Positions 1 to 8,700 of a stretch of DNA of 64,000 nt are shown piece after piece. A program made the translations under genes and the position numbers. Source of the DNA: Syntrophobacterales bacterium (GTDB lineage: Bacteria; Desulfobacterota; Syntrophia; Syntrophales; UBA2210). The stretch lies in the NCBI GenBank assembly GCA_021163105.1, contig JAGGXJ010000074.1:520-64519 (forward strand), read 5' to 3'. Position 1 is the stretch's first letter. Each line of letters starts with the position of its first letter. Below the pieces are notes generated by a model. That model saw nothing but the letters and a program-made list of their open reading frames with translations, ran no database searches and was not told the DNA's origin.

Positions 1-976
1 CGCCAAGAAACTGCGCGGCAAAGGCCTCATTGATTTCCCAGTAATCCACATCCCCATATTTCATGCCGGCCTGTTCGAGACACTTCGGAATAACAACTGC
101 CGGTCCCAGCCCCATCACCCTGGGATCAACACCTTCACCGCAGATATTTATCAGTTTCATAAGGGGTTTTATTTTCATCTCAGCAGCCTTATCTGCGGAC
201 ATGATAACCACAGCGGCGGCCGCATCATTAATTCCGGAGGCGTTGGCAGCCGTAACTACTCCATCTTTTTTGAATGCTGGCGGCAGTTTTGCCATAGTTT
301 CAAGACTGGCATCCGGTATCATATGTTCATCGGTATCGAATATCTTTACACCCTTTTTTGACTTGATTTCCACCGGGACTATCTCGCGCTTGAATGTGCC
401 GTCTTTGACGGCCCTGGTTGCCCTCTGGTGACTGATCAGGGCCAGTTTGTCACATTCTTCACGGGTGATACCGTATTTTTCGGCTACGTTCTCCGCTGTT
501 ATTCCCATATGCCCCGGGACAAGTTCATCAACCAGGCCATCATAGATTAGATGATCCTCTATTCTGCCGGCCCCCATCCTGTAACCTGCCCTTCCCTTGG
601 GAATCAGATAGGGGGCGTCCGTCATATTTTCAGTCCCTACCACAAGGCCGATCTCTGTTTTGCCAAGCATAATATTGTGACAGGCTATCTCCATTGCCCT
701 CATCCCCGATGCGCAGTTTTGATTAACAGACAGAGCTAAGCTCCTGTGAGGAAGACCTACTCTTATTCCCACCTGTCTGGCTGGGAGGGAACCCTGCATT
801 GCGGGATAAATCTCTCCCATAACTATCTCATCAATAACTTCTGCCGGGATGCCAGCCCTTTTGACGGCCTCGTTCCCGGCAGTTATTGCAAGATCTCTTG
901 CCGTTACGTCCTTCAGGCTGCCCATAAATTTTCCGATGGCAGTCCGGCACGCGGATACAATGACAACATCTTTCAT
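1..976 (-). CDS. acetyl-CoA acetyltransferase (thiolase); the 3' end runs off the window
   Basis: Absent from the ORF track because no stop falls in the window. My minus-strand translation from the ATG at 976 reads MKDVVIVSACRTAIGKFMGSLKDV...LSVNQNCASGMRAMEIACHN, which is a thiolase N-terminus with the active-site Cys motif. An SD AAGGGGG lies upstream. Confidence 0.85.
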   Translation of the reverse strand, partial: MKDVVIVSACRTAIGKFMGSLKDVTARDLAITAGNEAVKRAGIPAEVIDEIVMGEIYPAMQGSLPARQVGIRVGLPHRSLALSVNQNCASGMRAMEIACHNIMLGKTEIGLVVGTENMTDAPYLIPKGRAGYRMGAGRIEDHLIYDGLVDELVPGHMGITAENVAEKYGITREECDKLALISHQRATRAVKDGTFKREIVPVEIKSKKGVKIFDTDEHMIPDASLETMAKLPPAFKKDGVVTAANASGINDAAAAVVIMSADKAAEMKIKPLMKLINICGEGVDPRVMGLGPAVVIPKCLEQAGMKYGDVDYWEINEAFAAQFLG

Positions 977-1221
977 TACAATTCCCCCTTTATTCCAGAA
1001 CCCTTAAGATAGTCTTTCTCATTCAGCTACAGCGAGTTACAAACCATACCATATACATTCCCCGATCTACCGGGAGACTGTCCAAAAATGATTTCTTTAA
1101 AAGCTTAATGAGGGTGGTTCATATCAGAACATGACAAAAAATGAAAATAAAATGACAAAAATCGTCAAGTTTGACACAGTCGTAGAAAGTCCTGATAAGT
1201 TCACAAAAAGTCTTTAAACAT

Positions 1222-1320
1222 GTCATTTCGAATCCCGATTTATCGGGATGAGAAATCTTTACGATGTAATCCCGACGAATCGGGGTAAAATACAAGATTT
1301 CTCCCTACAGTCGAATTGAC
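1222..1320. repeat. imperfect palindromic intergenic element (GTCAWTTCGA...TCGAAWTGAC family), copy 1
   Basis: Termini are GTCATTTCGA / TCGAATTGAC and inner arms are GAGAAATCT / AGATTTCTC. Small CCCGA..TCGGG hairpins sit inside. The termini match the element at 34493-34570. Confidence 0.75.
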
Positions 1321-1358
1321 AGATTGGCCGATTCTGACTTTTCACAAAGCCGCCAAGC

Positions 1359-1907
1359 CTAACTTTTTTTGAAATCCCTAAGTCCGCGGATTTCGGCCGT
1401 GTCATCCCCTATATCATCCTGCCATCCGGAACGTATATTGTCACGCGAGTCAAAACGCCTTACATAAGGTTTTATATCGATCAGGGGCGTTCCGTCCAAT
1501 ATATCAACATCCTCTACCCGCAGAACATTGTCCCTGACGGACAATAATCTGACAATGCTGATACCCAGGGGATTCGGTCTGCACGGGGCGCGGGTTGCGA
1601 ACAGGCCGCGGTCTTTATCTTCGAGATAGGGTTTAAGGACAAGCTTTACATCTTTACATTTATGGAAATAGTAGAGAAGATAGATATGAGAAAATCCATC
1701 CAGATCCAGCAACCCGTCGGAATACTCCGGGTTGACAGTTACCGTACCCTTTATACCCCTCGCGAAGACGGGCTGGATCGGCGTCCTGGAAGGATCTTTG
1801 TGCGGAGTGTTTATGATTCCGACAGGCCGGATGATGAATTCCTCCTTTCCATCATCACTGTAGCAAATTGAACGGGTATCCGGAACATGTTCGCTGTCGC
1901 TGTCCAT
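1359..1907 (-). CDS. TsaA/TrmO-like (YaeB family) tRNA methyltransferase domain protein
   Basis: Core sequence GTVTVNPEYSDGLLDLDGFSHIYLLYYFH...RAPCRPNPLGISIVRL...LDGTPLIDIKPY is typical of the family. I prefer the internal ATG at 1907 (GGAAAGGA upstream) over the track start at 1985, which overlaps the crp-like gene. Confidence 0.7.
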   Translation of the reverse strand: MDSDSEHVPDTRSICYSDDGKEEFIIRPVGIINTPHKDPSRTPIQPVFARGIKGTVTVNPEYSDGLLDLDGFSHIYLLYYFHKCKDVKLVLKPYLEDKDRGLFATRAPCRPNPLGISIVRLLSVRDNVLRVEDVDILDGTPLIDIKPYVRRFDSRDNIRSGWQDDIGDDTAEIRGLRDFKKS

Positions 1908-1953
1908 TTGTTCATCCTTTCCAAGGCGGGAATCTGCCGGCCTCTGCGCGGTG

Positions 1954-2631
1954 TTATACGGCAGCAAGCTCCTCAAGACTCTCACAATCGAGCACTTTTA
2001 TATGTTTACCTTTTACCTCTATTATATGTTCTACCATCATTTTTTTCAGTATCCGTGATAATGTCTCCGGGGTTGTTCCCAATACCTTGGCTATTTCTTT
2101 CTGATTAACCACCATTTCCATATAATCACCCTTGCTGCAAGCTTTTTCCGGGGTTGAAAGGAGAAGAAACGAAGCGACCCTTTGAGGAATCCTCATTAGC
2201 GACAGTGTTTCGATCATAGCCATATAATCTTTGAGCATGTAGGACAGAACAGATATCATATTAAAGAGAATTGTCGGATCCTGACGGCCCAATGCCTCAA
2301 ACGCATCGGCGGGAAAGATAAGAAGAGTGCTCTGCTCAATAGCCATGGCATTTGCCGGGAACATACAGTCTGAAGAGATTGCACACATTCCAAACAGTTC
2401 ACCAGGGCCAAATAGGTGAAGTGTCTGTTCCCTGCCGTCAACAGAATTCTTGAACATTTTCACCCTTCCCTGGGCAATCATATAAAATTCGCGAATCTTG
2501 TCATTCTCAGCTATAATGAGTTGTTTCGCTCTGTATTTCTTCTTGCGAGTGAAACTTGCCAGGGTCTCAATCTGCTCTTTCGATAGATCATGGGTCAAAG
2601 GAACAGAACTGAGAAACTCGATGGTATCCAT
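1954..2631 (-). CDS. Crp/Fnr family transcriptional regulator
   Basis: 225 aa with an N-terminal cNMP-binding-like fold (FGPGELFGM) and a C-terminal HTH (QKEIAKVLGTTPETLSRILKKM). Confidence 0.85.
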   Translation of the reverse strand: MDTIEFLSSVPLTHDLSKEQIETLASFTRKKKYRAKQLIIAENDKIREFYMIAQGRVKMFKNSVDGREQTLHLFGPGELFGMCAISSDCMFPANAMAIEQSTLLIFPADAFEALGRQDPTILFNMISVLSYMLKDYMAMIETLSLMRIPQRVASFLLLSTPEKACSKGDYMEMVVNQKEIAKVLGTTPETLSRILKKMMVEHIIEVKGKHIKVLDCESLEELAAV

Positions 2632-2654
2632 AAGCTTTCCTCCACTACAAAAGA

Positions 2655-2681
2655 TTGACCTGTATCAATGATGCATATCAA
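2655..2681. promoter_or_regulatory. two adjacent Crp/Fnr-type boxes in the divergent promoter region
   Basis: TTGACctgtATCAA (2655-2668) and ATGATgcatATCAA (2668-2681) both match TTGAT-N4-ATCAA. A TATAAG hexamer at 2704-2709 puts box 2 near -41.5 of a plausible plus-strand promoter. Confidence 0.5.
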
Positions 2682-2777
2682 TGATACAGACAAAAAAATA
2701 TTGTATAAGCTGCGAGTCGACTATAACAAATACAGTGAATTATTCAACAAAAAAACCGATATAAGAAGGAGCGAAAA

Positions 2778-4124
2778 ATGAAGAAGGCTGATGTAGTTGT
2801 TTTGGGGGGATTGTCCGGAATTACAGCCGGAGTAAGTTGCAAACGTCACTATCCTGAAAAGAAAGTGATCCTTATCAGAAAGGAAGACACTATCCTTATT
2901 CCATGTGGTATTCCTTATATTTACGGCACGGTGGGAGGTCCGGGGAACAATGTCATACCGGACGGACTGCTGGAAAAAAACGGGATAGAACTCATAAAGG
3001 GAGAGGCCGTAGATGTGGACAGGACGAACAAGATTGTTTCTCTCGCGGATGGGGAAACCATAGAATATGACAGGCTGGTCTTCGCCACCGGTTCCGGTCC
3101 ACTTGTGCCGCCCATTCCCGGTGTTGACAAGAAGAATGTATTTTCCGTGAAGAAAGAGTTTGATTATCTGTCCGATATTTTGGAGGCCTTGATCAAGGTA
3201 AAGGATCTCGTGATAATCGGCGGAGGTTTTATCGGGATGGAATTCGCCGATGAATGCAGGAAGGGAAGAGATATTAATGTGACCGTGGTAGAGGCGCTTC
3301 CCCACTGCCTCCAGATGGCAATGGATAACGAGTTCTGCGATGAGGCACAGGTCAAACTGGAAGAGGCGGGTGTAAAGATACTGGTCAATGAAAAGGTCGA
3401 GGCCATACTCGGCAATGACAGTGTAACCGGTGTGAAACTGGCGAGTGGCAATGAAATCAAGGCGGATATGGTAATTCTTGGAATCGGTGCGGTTCCCAAT
3501 ACTGAACTCGCAAAGAAATCCGGTCTCGAACTGGGCTTCCATAACACGATAAAGGTTGATCGCTACATGCAAACGTACAACGACCCCAATGTTTACGCCT
3601 GTGGCGACTGCGCCAGGAAGGTATCCTTCTTCGACGGAAAGCCGAGCGCTATAATGTTAGCGTCGGTGGCTGCTTCGGAGGCAAGAATCGCCGGAGCGAA
3701 TCTGTTTTCGCCCATTCACCAGAATCATGGGGCCATAAGCGTGTTTTCCACAGTTATTAATGGCAGAGCTTTCGGTGTCGCTGGAATGACTGAAAGGATC
3801 GCGAAAGAAAAAGGCATCAAAGTTGTAACCGGGATGGCGGAGGCCCCTGATACACACCCGGGAGGTATGCCCAACTCCACACTCACAAAGGTAAAACTTG
3901 CGTTTGCCAAAGATACAGGTACTCTTCTCGGGGGGTCGATATCGGGAGGCAAGCCGGTTGGTGAGATGGTCAATGTACTGAGCGCCTGCATCGCTCACAA
4001 AATGACGGCGGATGATATGGTGATATTCCAGATGGGCACACACCCGGCTCTTACTTCATCGCCAATCGTGTATCCAATTGTGAATGCCGCGGAAGAGGCG
4101 ATTGTTCTTTCAAAAAACAGATAA
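2778..4124 (+). CDS. FAD-dependent pyridine nucleotide-disulfide oxidoreductase (NADH oxidase / CoA-disulfide reductase family)
   Basis: 448 aa. It has the N-terminal dinucleotide fold VVVLGGLSGITAG, a single redox Cys in ILIPCGIPYIYG, and a second Rossmann fold VIIGGGFIGMEFA. A strong SD AAGGAG precedes the start. Confidence 0.85.
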   Translation: MKKADVVVLGGLSGITAGVSCKRHYPEKKVILIRKEDTILIPCGIPYIYGTVGGPGNNVIPDGLLEKNGIELIKGEAVDVDRTNKIVSLADGETIEYDRLVFATGSGPLVPPIPGVDKKNVFSVKKEFDYLSDILEALIKVKDLVIIGGGFIGMEFADECRKGRDINVTVVEALPHCLQMAMDNEFCDEAQVKLEEAGVKILVNEKVEAILGNDSVTGVKLASGNEIKADMVILGIGAVPNTELAKKSGLELGFHNTIKVDRYMQTYNDPNVYACGDCARKVSFFDGKPSAIMLASVAASEARIAGANLFSPIHQNHGAISVFSTVINGRAFGVAGMTERIAKEKGIKVVTGMAEAPDTHPGGMPNSTLTKVKLAFAKDTGTLLGGSISGGKPVGEMVNVLSACIAHKMTADDMVIFQMGTHPALTSSPIVYPIVNAAEEAIVLSKNR

Positions 4125-4160
4125 GAAACAACCTGAATGATCCTGTTGAATGTTGCGGGC

Positions 4161-4184
4161 GCGCAGAAGTTAAATCTTCTGCGC
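4161..4184 (+). terminator. perfect 9-bp stem-loop after the oxidoreductase gene
   Basis: GCGCAGAAG-ttaaat-CTTCTGCGC. No U-tract follows, so terminator function is uncertain. Confidence 0.3.
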
Positions 4185-4320
4185 ACCTGTGGCATCAATA
4201 TTCACAAACTATCGGATTTACCCCTTAAACATTCCTCAATGTAAATCAACTCCAATCAGAACGATTGCAATTCCGCTGATATTCATGATAAATGTAAAGA
4301 AAAAATGAAAGGCTTCATTG

Positions 4321-4965
4321 ATGAAGGAGAATAATGTTCCGATCCAGAATGAATCAGGCAATTACCTGCCGGAACGCCGGATCACAGGTGTCGGCGCCAG
4401 TCCGAGGAAAAGCGGGAATTCAGATATCCTTATGAAACATATCCTGGGCGGAGCTAAGGGAAGTGGCGTCGCTGTTGAAGATGTACACCTTCGCGACTAC
4501 CAGTTTCAGCCATGTATAGGATGTGAGAAATGCAGAAAGGATAAGATATGTACCGGCCTCAATGATGGAATGCATCTCTTGTATCCGAAAATTATAGACT
4601 CCCAGGGGTTGGTACTCATATCGCCCACACACAACTATAATGTTACCGCATGGATGAAGGCATTTATAGACCGGCTTTATTGCTTTTATATTTTTGATAA
4701 TAACTGCCCGAGAGGCTGGTCAAGCCGTCTGGCGGGTCAGGGACGAAAAGCGGTCTTGGTGGCAGTCTGCGAGCAGGAAACAAAGAAAGACATGGGCTTT
4801 ACCCTCGAAGCAATGCGCCTTCCACTCGAAGCGCTGGAATATGAAATAACAGGCGAGTTAACCGTTTTTAGGGTGTTTGGCAGGGGAAAAGTTAAGGATG
4901 AAGAAGAAGTATTAGCCAGAGCCTCGAACCTCGGGGCTGCTCTGGCAGATTCCCTCCGAACTTGA
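4321..4965 (+). CDS. iron-sulfur flavoprotein-like NAD(P)H-dependent FMN reductase
   Basis: Flavodoxin-like start ITGVGASPRKSGNSD and a compact cluster motif CIGCEKCRKDKIC (CX2CX2CX5C). ATG at 4321; the track starts at the TTG at 4318. Confidence 0.75.
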   Translation: MKENNVPIQNESGNYLPERRITGVGASPRKSGNSDILMKHILGGAKGSGVAVEDVHLRDYQFQPCIGCEKCRKDKICTGLNDGMHLLYPKIIDSQGLVLISPTHNYNVTAWMKAFIDRLYCFYIFDNNCPRGWSSRLAGQGRKAVLVAVCEQETKKDMGFTLEAMRLPLEALEYEITGELTVFRVFGRGKVKDEEEVLARASNLGAALADSLRT

Positions 4966-5043
4966 TTTGAATCTGACCGCATAAACGTGTTAAGGTACCA
5001 CGTTGGAAGATTTAGTAAATACAAGGTTGTGTTTTTTCTTTAA

Positions 5044-5087
5044 CTTGACCCCTTGAACTCTTCTGATAACCACAACTAATCGTGAGA
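5044..5087. repeat. short dispersed intergenic repeat (ACAACTAATCGKGAGA family)
   Basis: cttgaccccttgaactcttctgataaccACAACTAATCGTGAGA aligns with 44411-44456 (..ccttgaaccctttcataattaactACAACTAATCGGGAGA). Both copies lie just 3' of a minus-strand gene. Confidence 0.6.
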
Positions 5088-5120
5088 TAATCCATTTATA
5101 TTAACAACATAAAATGCGGG

Positions 5121-6941
5121 TTAATCCTTCATCTTGGAGTGCCGTTTGCTCTTGTCTAGTTCCATTTTGCAAAGTCGGATACTTTCAGGGGTCACTTCGA
5201 TCAGTTCGTCTTCGGCGATGAATTCTATACATTGGTCTAATGACATACGCCTCGGAGGCCGCAGGGTTACCGTGGCATCTGATGTGGAAGCTCGCATATT
5301 GGTCAAATGTTTTTCCTTGGTTATATTTACATACAGGTCGCCGGGCCTATTTCGCTCCCCTATAACCATACCCTCGTAGACGTCTGATCCAATCTCGATC
5401 AAAAGTTCTCCCCGATCCTCCATGGCGAGACTCGCGTAAGGCGTAACCCTTCCTCCCCTGTCGGCAACCAGTGTTCCATTAGCCCGCTGAGGAATCGGGC
5501 CAAACCACGGCTCGTATCCTTCAAAGATTGTATTCATAACACCGGCGCCCTTTGTATCAGTCAGAAAATGGTTTCGGAAACCGATTAATCCACGAGATGG
5601 TATAATAAATTCAAGCTTGGTATGTCCACTGCCCTTGTTCATCAGGTTTGTCATGCGTCCCTTCCGTCTGGAAACTGTTTCCGTAATGATACCGATGAAC
5701 TCTTCCGGAATATCGATCAAAAGACGTTCGGTTGGTTCAAGAACCTGGCCTTTCTCCTCTTTTGTGATTACCTGGGGTTTGGATACCATGAATTCGTACC
5801 CTTCCCTGCGCATCGTTTCGATGAGAACGGCCATTTGCAGTTCTCCTCGACCGCAGACCTCAAACATGTTTTTTTGTGCAAGGAGTTTAATCTTCAGAGC
5901 AACGTTCCGCAGGGTTTCTCTTTCCAAGCGGTCTTTCAGGTGCCGTGAGGTCAAAAACTTGCCCTCGGTTCCGGCCATGGGACTGTTGTTGACATAAAAG
6001 GTCATTGAGACGGTAGGCTCATCGATATAGATGCGGGGGAGCGGTATCGGTTGCTCAAGAGAGGAGATAGTGTCACCGATTACCACGCGATCAACACCGG
6101 AAACAGCGATTATGTCGCCCGCTTCCACCCTGTCAACCTGCAGTTTTTCCAACCCTTCAAAGGTATACAGGGCCGAAAATTTTATCCCAGGTGTAACCTT
6201 CTCCAGTCCGCACAGGGAATAACTCCTGTTCATCTCCAAAATGCCGTTCGTCAATCGGCCGAGGGCAACCTGTCCGACATAAGGATCGTAGTCGAGATTT
6301 GTTATCAGAAGCTGCGGAACCGCGTCATCATCCGCCAGTGGCGCCGGGACATGGGAGATAATTGTATCGAACAGCGGTCGCAGATCCACAGAAGTATCTC
6401 CTTGCTTTCTGTGGGCAACTCCCGTTTTAGCATTGGTGTAGAGTATTGGAAACTCTATTTGTTCTTCAGTCGCGTCAAGATCTATAAAAAGATCGTACAC
6501 TTCATCGATAACCTCTGTTATCCTGGAATCGCTGCGGTCAATCTTGTTGATGACCACGATAATGGGCAACTGTTTGGCAAGCGCTTTTTTAACGACAAAA
6601 CGAGTCTGAGGCAACGGGCCTTCACTGGCGTCAACCAGCAGAATTGCCCCGTCAACAAGATTGAGGCTTCGTTCCACTTCCCCGCCGAAATCGGCGTGGC
6701 CGGGTGTATCAACAATGTTTATTTTAATATCGCCGTACTGGAGTGCGGTATTTTTTGCCATGATCGTGATGCCCCGCTCTCGTTCAAGATCCATTGAATC
6801 CATGACGCGTTCCGCTACCTGCTGATTTTTCCTGAAAGTACCACCCTGCTTGAGCATTCCGTCAATAAGTGTTGTTTTCCCGTGATCGACGTGAGCGATG
6901 ATCGCCACATTCCTGATATTGTGTTTCTGCAGATCTGCCAT
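5121..6941 (-). CDS. typA: translational GTPase TypA/BipA
   Basis: 606 aa. N-terminus IRNVAIIAHVDHGKTTLID, then DTPGHADFGGEVER and NKIDR G-motifs, with full-length BipA architecture. Confidence 0.95.
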   Translation of the reverse strand: MADLQKHNIRNVAIIAHVDHGKTTLIDGMLKQGGTFRKNQQVAERVMDSMDLERERGITIMAKNTALQYGDIKINIVDTPGHADFGGEVERSLNLVDGAILLVDASEGPLPQTRFVVKKALAKQLPIIVVINKIDRSDSRITEVIDEVYDLFIDLDATEEQIEFPILYTNAKTGVAHRKQGDTSVDLRPLFDTIISHVPAPLADDDAVPQLLITNLDYDPYVGQVALGRLTNGILEMNRSYSLCGLEKVTPGIKFSALYTFEGLEKLQVDRVEAGDIIAVSGVDRVVIGDTISSLEQPIPLPRIYIDEPTVSMTFYVNNSPMAGTEGKFLTSRHLKDRLERETLRNVALKIKLLAQKNMFEVCGRGELQMAVLIETMRREGYEFMVSKPQVITKEEKGQVLEPTERLLIDIPEEFIGIITETVSRRKGRMTNLMNKGSGHTKLEFIIPSRGLIGFRNHFLTDTKGAGVMNTIFEGYEPWFGPIPQRANGTLVADRGGRVTPYASLAMEDRGELLIEIGSDVYEGMVIGERNRPGDLYVNITKEKHLTNMRASTSDATVTLRPPRRMSLDQCIEFIAEDELIEVTPESIRLCKMELDKSKRHSKMKD

Positions 6942-6981
6942 TTAAATCTCCCTTTGAACAACATAAAGCCCAGTTTAATCA

Positions 6982-7062
6982 AAACCGGGGAATGGCTTTT
7001 AGCAGAAAAAGAAACAGAAAACCACTTGTTTTTACGGAGAAGATGGAAACCGGGGAATGGCT
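6982..7062. repeat. perfect 16-bp direct repeat, two copies 65 bp apart
   Basis: AAACCGGGGAATGGCT occurs at 6982-6997 and 7047-7062, in the spacer between the bipA start (minus strand) and the Fmt-like gene (plus strand). Confidence 0.8.
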
Positions 7063-7232
7063 CAGGAACAAAGGAAAGGCGGTAGGAACATGAATTTGAT
7101 AAAAAGATTATCGCCACCTCCGCTGTGATAATTATTCCATTGACTCGCAAGACAGGCTTTTTTATACTTTTCAGCACGAGAAAATTTTTTAATCCATTGT
7201 CTTTCCAGAAAACCGCTCAAAGGGTATCACTT

Positions 7233-8006
7233 GTGAAGATATGCATCCTTATATCCGACGATGTCTTTTTCAAACCCAAAGTCTTGTTTAACCTGTTAAT
7301 GAAAAGGGAAAGAGACGTTTGCCTGGTTGCCGAAGTGAAGGACGATATGAAAAACATAAAGAATAAGAAGCATCTGGCACCGCTGCAGTTTTGGGGAATA
7401 TGTAATATTCTACATCTGAAATTGACCGACCTTGTGATAAGGACACTGGCGCGATTTCTTCCGTCTTTTTTCCGTAGCTTTCTGGTAAATAAAGATGTTT
7501 GCGCTTTTTTCCGAGTGCCCTGGGTGAGAATTAAAAACGTTAACGATCCGAATTTTGTCAGACGCTTATCTTCGATAAATCCCGATCTCGTTATCTCGAT
7601 ACAGCGCCAGATTTTAGACGCAGACATCTTGGCCGTGCCGACAATCGCATGTGTCAACTGCCACCCGTCCAAACTTCCCAAATACCGGGGATTCTGGCCA
7701 ATCCTGCTTGCTATGATCAACGGGGATGAAACCATCGGCGTCACCGTGCACACAATGACGAAAAAGATCGATATGGGTCCAATCGTGGTCCAAAAGGAAT
7801 TTACTACATCACCGAGGTTAAGCCTGATGGACAACTATCGCCTTGCCTATGAGCTGTACCCTGAAGTTATTTGTGAAGCGATTGATCTGCTGGAAGAGAA
7901 GAAAAACCCCGGTTTCCCCTGCGTCCCGGATGATACCCCGTACTGTTCCGGCCCGACTGCGGAGGAGATGGAAAAATTCAAGGCCGGGGAACTTCGGATG
8001 CTTTGA
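7233..8006 (+). CDS. formyltransferase-family protein (Fmt/PurN-like N-terminal domain)
   Basis: Motif NCHPSKLPKYRG (N-x-H-x-S-x-LP-x-x-RG) followed by IDMGPIV. I prefer the GTG at 7233 (VKICILISDD, AAGGG upstream); the track ORF extends back to 7125. Confidence 0.7.
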   Translation: MKICILISDDVFFKPKVLFNLLMKRERDVCLVAEVKDDMKNIKNKKHLAPLQFWGICNILHLKLTDLVIRTLARFLPSFFRSFLVNKDVCAFFRVPWVRIKNVNDPNFVRRLSSINPDLVISIQRQILDADILAVPTIACVNCHPSKLPKYRGFWPILLAMINGDETIGVTVHTMTKKIDMGPIVVQKEFTTSPRLSLMDNYRLAYELYPEVICEAIDLLEEKKNPGFPCVPDDTPYCSGPTAEEMEKFKAGELRML

Positions 8007-8009
8007 GAA

Positions 8010-8513
8010 ATGTCCGAAAGAGAGATACAAATGAACAAACATGCCGAAAATCGCTGCAAGGACTGCAGCACTGACCAGAATTGCTGCAATCGCCTTGAGG
8101 GACTTCGTCTCACCCGAGCCGAGTACCGGAAGAATTTCGCCGATTATCATGCGGTACTGGTCGTACGACAGACGGGCAAGATTTATCGGGTCTCCGCGAA
8201 AAAAGGGCAATCCTGCCCGCACTGGGACGGGGATTGCCGAATCTATGACAAGCGTCCGATCGAGTGCCGGCTGTATCCCTATACAATCAGCAACCTCTGG
8301 GAATGGGGTAACCACGTTTTCATCACCTTTCATTCCAGAACAAAATGTCCCTTCAAGGAACACTTGCTGATTCCTCGCGATGCCGCGAAACAGATGGTTG
8401 CCAAATTTGCCCGGGAAGCATTCGGCGGTGGGTGCAGACCACACGTCTATTATGAGCCTCAGATCCCTGGATTAATCAGCAAAATTCGGGATTTTCTCAG
8501 CGTGTCGCCGTAA
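8010..8513 (+). CDS. YkgJ-family (CxxCxxCC, UPF0153) cysteine-cluster protein
   Basis: CKDCSTDQNCC near the N-terminus, then CPHWDGDCRIYDKRPIECRLYPY. It starts 4 nt after the Fmt-like stop. Confidence 0.7.
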   Translation: MSEREIQMNKHAENRCKDCSTDQNCCNRLEGLRLTRAEYRKNFADYHAVLVVRQTGKIYRVSAKKGQSCPHWDGDCRIYDKRPIECRLYPYTISNLWEWGNHVFITFHSRTKCPFKEHLLIPRDAAKQMVAKFAREAFGGGCRPHVYYEPQIPGLISKIRDFLSVSP

Positions 8514-8700
8514 TATGGCAATACAGAGAAGATACAAAAAGGAACAGCTTGATATTACTGCCCACAACATATAAAAGTAGCAATAGAGTCAGAACGATAT
8601 TTTCATTTTTGTAATTGGCTTTTTTGAAATTTTATACACACCAATATCCACAACATTTGTTGCTGAGACATGCAAATGAAAAGCCGGAAAGAGAAAGAAT

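Noticed and set aside
2721-3572. A 283-aa minus-strand ORF opposite the Nox/CoADR-like gene.
   Set aside because: It has no motifs or RBS, and it overlaps a clearly homologous plus-strand gene end to end.
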